The notes beneath the pieces were generated by a model, which worked only from the letters and a program-made list of their open reading frames with translations, was not told where the DNA came from and made no database searches. Of a stretch of DNA of 64,000 nucleotides, positions 60,792 to 64,000 are shown one piece after another (the stretch's first letter is position 1; every line of letters begins with the position of its first letter). Origin of the DNA: Thermoanaerobaculia bacterium (GTDB lineage Bacteria; Acidobacteriota; Thermoanaerobaculia; UBA5066); the NCBI GenBank assembly GCA_038245905.1, contig JBBRRY010000009.1, positions 1 to 64,000 of the forward strand, in the 5' to 3' direction. A program made the translations under genes and the position numbers.

Positions 60792-61778
60792 ATGAGCTTC
60801 GTTCTCTTCGTCGTATTCGTCGCGCTCGCCTTCGACTTCATCAACGGCTTCCACGACGCGGCGAACTCCATCGCGACCGTCGTCGGAACGCGCGTCCTGA
60901 CGCCGAAGAAGGCCGTGGCCTGGGCGGCTTTTTTCAATTTCGTGGCGGCCTTCTCGCTCGAGACGCGCGTCGCCAAGACGATCGGCAAGGACATCGTGAA
61001 TCCTGCCGTCGTCGACCCCGTTCTCGTTTTCGCGGCTCTCGTCGGCGCGATCGTCTGGAACCTTCTCACGTGGTGGTGGGGACTGCCCTCGTCCTCCTCT
61101 CACGCCCTCATCGGGGGCTTCGCCGGCGCTGCCGTCATGAAGGCGGGGCTGGGAGCGCTGATGCCTCACGGGCTCGTGAAGACGCTGATCTTCATCATCC
61201 TATCGCCCGTCCTCGGCTTCCTGCTCGGATTCGTCTTCTTCCTGATCGTCGCCTGGGCGTTTCGGCGGGCGCGGCCGGAGCCGCTGGACCGAGGTTTTCG
61301 AAAGGTCCAGCTCGTGTCGGCGGCCGCCTTCTCGTTCGGCCACGGTATGAACGACGCCCAGAAGACGATGGGGATCATCGCCGCGCTTCTCTTCTCGTCG
61401 GGCTACCTGAAAGTGATGGAGATTCCCTTCTGGATCGTCCTCATCTGCCACGCGGCCATCGGTCTCGGGACGCTTACGGGCGGCTGGCGCATCGTGCGCA
61501 CGATGGGAATGCGCATCACGACGCTGAAGCCGATCGGCGGCTCGTGCGCCGAATTCGCGGGGGCGGTGACGCTCATCGGGGCCTCGCTCGGAGGCGTGCC
61601 CGTCTCGACGACGCACACGATCACCGGCGCGATCATGGGCGTCGGGTCGGTACGTCGCTTCTCGGCGGTGCGCTGGGGCGTCGCCCGCTCCATCGTGATC
61701 GCGTGGATCCTGACGATCCCCGCGTCCGCGATCGTGGCGGCCCTCGTGTGGCTCTGCATCTCGGCCGTGAAGCGCTGA
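60792..61778 (+). CDS. pit: inorganic phosphate transporter (PiT family)
   Basis: NGFHDAANSIAT, PSSSSHALIG, HGMNDAQK, PVSTTH. Confidence 0.95.
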   Translation: MSFVLFVVFVALAFDFINGFHDAANSIATVVGTRVLTPKKAVAWAAFFNFVAAFSLETRVAKTIGKDIVNPAVVDPVLVFAALVGAIVWNLLTWWWGLPSSSSHALIGGFAGAAVMKAGLGALMPHGLVKTLIFIILSPVLGFLLGFVFFLIVAWAFRRARPEPLDRGFRKVQLVSAAAFSFGHGMNDAQKTMGIIAALLFSSGYLKVMEIPFWIVLICHAAIGLGTLTGGWRIVRTMGMRITTLKPIGGSCAEFAGAVTLIGASLGGVPVSTTHTITGAIMGVGSVRRFSAVRWGVARSIVIAWILTIPASAIVAALVWLCISAVKR

Positions 61779-61794
61779 CGCTTCGACGGAGGGC

Positions 61795-62436
61795 TCAGCG
61801 CTTCGGCTTGTCCGGATCGGGAGCCGAGTCGCCCACGGGCCGCCGCACGCCGAGCTTCGGGCCGGCCCGCTTTGCCCGGCGGCGAGGGTGAATGATTTTT
61901 CCAAGCTCCTTGTTGAGCGGGTTGTCGCGGCGGAGGAACGGGATCGCCGGTGCGGACCGGACGCCGATCTCGTCCTGGAAGGCGAGCAGGATCGCGCTCC
62001 TCGGGCTCTCCTTGAGGCCTCTCTCGAGGGCCGACACCATCATCGAGCGCACACGGGCGGCCTGCCAGATCTTCGCGAGATTCAGATAGTGCTCGCCCTT
62101 GTGGGGCTCGAGCTGGATCGCGACCTCGCAGAAGCGCGCGCCCTCGTCCGTCTGCGAGGACGTCGTCAGGGCAAGACAGAGTCCGTAATACGAAAAACAC
62201 ACGGCGGGTGTCCTCTTGCGGGCTCCCAGCTGTTCGATGCCGCGCGCGGCTTTGACCTCCTCGCTCAGGACCTCGGTCTCCAAGGAGAACAGCTTGTAGG
62301 CTTCGGCGAGGAGTACGAGGCCGCGGGCGTAGCGCTCGGCCCGGGCGGCGTCGATCCCCAGGCGCATCAGCTCCATCGGATCGTCTGTCGCGGCCTCCGC
62401 GAGCACCTGCGCGGGGACCACGCTTCGTTCGCGCAT
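61795..62436 (-). CDS. hypothetical TPR-like protein
   Basis: GAGG ribosome-binding site; helical repeat pattern SYYGLCLA...AIQLEP..HYLNLA. Confidence 0.7.
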   Translation of the reverse strand: MRERSVVPAQVLAEAATDDPMELMRLGIDAARAERYARGLVLLAEAYKLFSLETEVLSEEVKAARGIEQLGARKRTPAVCFSYYGLCLALTTSSQTDEGARFCEVAIQLEPHKGEHYLNLAKIWQAARVRSMMVSALERGLKESPRSAILLAFQDEIGVRSAPAIPFLRRDNPLNKELGKIIHPRRRAKRAGPKLGVRRPVGDSAPDPDKPKR

Positions 62437-62523
62437 TTCGTTCCTCTTCCCGGAGGCCAGTCTCGGTCGTGAGTGGGCGCCGCGTCAAGCCGGTCGCGCG
62501 GGCGTGTCGGGTATCGTCACGTG

Positions 62524-63711
62524 ATGCGGACACTCACCCTCGCGAAGGGGCGCGACGCGGCGACGCGGCGGCGCCACCCATGGCTGTTCTCGGGCGCGGT
62601 CGCGCGGGAGGAAGGGTCTTCGCCCGACGGAGTCGTCGAGGCGCGGGACGCTTCGGGTGTCTTTCTCGCGCGCGGATTCGCATCGCCCTCCGCGTCGATC
62701 GTCGCGCGCTTCTGGACGTTCGAGGACCGTCCGCTGGACGCCGGCTTCATCGCGGAGCGGGTGCTTGAAGCGGTCGAGCTCAGGCAGCGCCTCGTCGCGC
62801 CCGGGACGGATGGCTACCGGGTCGTGAACGCCGAGGGCGACTTCCTGCCCGGCCTGGTCGTGGACCGGTTCGGCGGGGTTCTCGTCGTCCAGTCCTCGAC
62901 GGAAGGGACCGACCGCGCACGCTCGCTCTGGCTGCCTCCGCTCCTCGCGGCTTTTCCTGGGGCGTCCGTCGTCCAGAAGAACAATTTGCCGTCCCGGAAG
63001 GGAGAAGGGCTTTCGCAGGACGACGAGCTTCTCGCGGGCGACGGGATTCCCGAACGGGCGGAATTCCTCGAGCATGGACTCTCGTTCGTGGCCGAAGTCT
63101 CCGCGGGCCAGAAAACAGGGTTCTTCCTCGACCAGCGCGAGAACCGCAATCTCGTGCGCTCCCTCGCGGCGGGTCGGAGCGTCCTCAATCTGTTTTCCTA
63201 CTCGGGAGCGTTCGGCGTCGCGGCTCTCGCCGGCGGCGCTGCGCGGGTGGCCCACGTCGACGTCTCCAGCGCCGCGCTCGAGCTGGCCCGGGAGAATCAC
63301 CGGCGGAACGGCCAGCCCGTCGACGGCGCCGAGTCCCGGGTGGAGACGCGCGAGGCAGACGTCTTCGACGACCTCCGGGCGCGCGTCCAGGCCGGCGAGC
63401 GCTGGGACTTCATCGTGACCGACCCGCCGGCCTTCGCGAAGAGGAAGGCCGACGTGGACAAGGCGTGCCGCGGTTACAAGGACATCAACCGCTTGGCGTT
63501 TCAGCTTCTCGCGCCGGGAGGGCTCCTCCTCGCGTGCTCCTGCTCGGGCCGCATCTCGCCGGACCTCTTCCAGAAGGTCATCTTCGCGGCGGCCCTGGAT
63601 GCGCGGCGTCCCGCGCGCCTTCTGGAACGGCGCGGGGCGGGCCCAGACCATCCCGTCTCGATCGACTGCCCCGAGGGCGACTATCTCAAGGCGTTCCTCC
63701 TCTCCGTGTGA
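62524..63711 (+). CDS. class I SAM-dependent rRNA methyltransferase (RlmI-like)
   Basis: HPWLFSG, EGDFLPGL.VD, GQKTGFFLDQR, LNLFSYSG, DPPAF, SCS, YLK. Confidence 0.9.
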   Translation: MRTLTLAKGRDAATRRRHPWLFSGAVAREEGSSPDGVVEARDASGVFLARGFASPSASIVARFWTFEDRPLDAGFIAERVLEAVELRQRLVAPGTDGYRVVNAEGDFLPGLVVDRFGGVLVVQSSTEGTDRARSLWLPPLLAAFPGASVVQKNNLPSRKGEGLSQDDELLAGDGIPERAEFLEHGLSFVAEVSAGQKTGFFLDQRENRNLVRSLAAGRSVLNLFSYSGAFGVAALAGGAARVAHVDVSSAALELARENHRRNGQPVDGAESRVETREADVFDDLRARVQAGERWDFIVTDPPAFAKRKADVDKACRGYKDINRLAFQLLAPGGLLLACSCSGRISPDLFQKVIFAAALDARRPARLLERRGAGPDHPVSIDCPEGDYLKAFLLSV

Positions 63712-63720
63712 CGTTTCGAC

Positions 63721-63736
63721 TGGCACGGGCCCTGCT
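63721..63736 (+). promoter_or_regulatory. sigma-54 (-24/-12) promoter
   Basis: TGGCACGGGCCCTGCT has GG-N10-GC spacing and lies just upstream of ATG 63746. Confidence 0.55.
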
Positions 63737-63745
63737 GAGGGGCCG

Positions 63746-64000
63746 ATGATGTCCCGAGTGAAAGCCGGATTTCGGGGTCTTCTGCTCGCTGCGCTCGTGT
63801 CCGGGCACGCCGCTGTCGCCCAGACACCCGCGGACGCCCCCCGCGTCTCCGGGTCGGTCGAGACGTCCGTCCTCGAGCTCGATGTCGTCGTGACCGACAG
63901 GGACGGAAACCCGGTCTCCGGCCTCGGACCCTCCGATTTCGAGGTACGCATCGGCAAGAAGCCCGTGGAGATCACGAATTTCTACGAAGGGAGGCCGGCT
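63746..64000 (+). CDS. partial (3'-truncated) VWA-domain protein of Acidobacterial type
   Basis: Hand translation gives a signal peptide then VETSVLELDVVVTDRDGNPVSGLGPSDFEV...VEITNF. Confidence 0.8.
   Translation, partial: MMSRVKAGFRGLLLAALVSGHAAVAQTPADAPRVSGSVETSVLELDVVVTDRDGNPVSGLGPSDFEVRIGKKPVEITNFYEGRPA

Overview
GC-rich bacterial chromosomal window. Gene content, including an Acidobacteria-type VWA protein start, suggests Acidobacteriota (possibly Thermoanaerobaculia-like); this is an inference. 1-13.7 kb is an accessory block of secreted proteins: a domain-shuffled paralogous cluster, an ACE-like M2 peptidase, and a 1.7k-aa Ig-repeat protein coupled to a predicted outer-membrane barrel. 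The rest is mostly housekeeping (ligA, ppk1, ppa, msrB, glmM, folP, ftsH, hpt, tilS, tRNA-Met, malic enzyme, rsmH, pit), with many exported peptidases, an OPT transporter and two VapBC-type toxin-antitoxin pairs. No CRISPR array, integrase or transposase was seen. The main signal the genes do not explain is an AT-rich, purine-skewed ~20-bp motif (approx. GATTTCTTNGAAGGKGAAGA). It occurs in about five clusters, mostly inside housekeeping genes (ligA, folP, M64 peptidase/tilS, rsmH), in convergent orientation, and it coincides with distorted protein sequence. Also seen: pervasive leaderless genes with overlapping bidirectional -10 boxes, an unannotated antitoxin with an ATT start, and a motif-degenerate HPRT.
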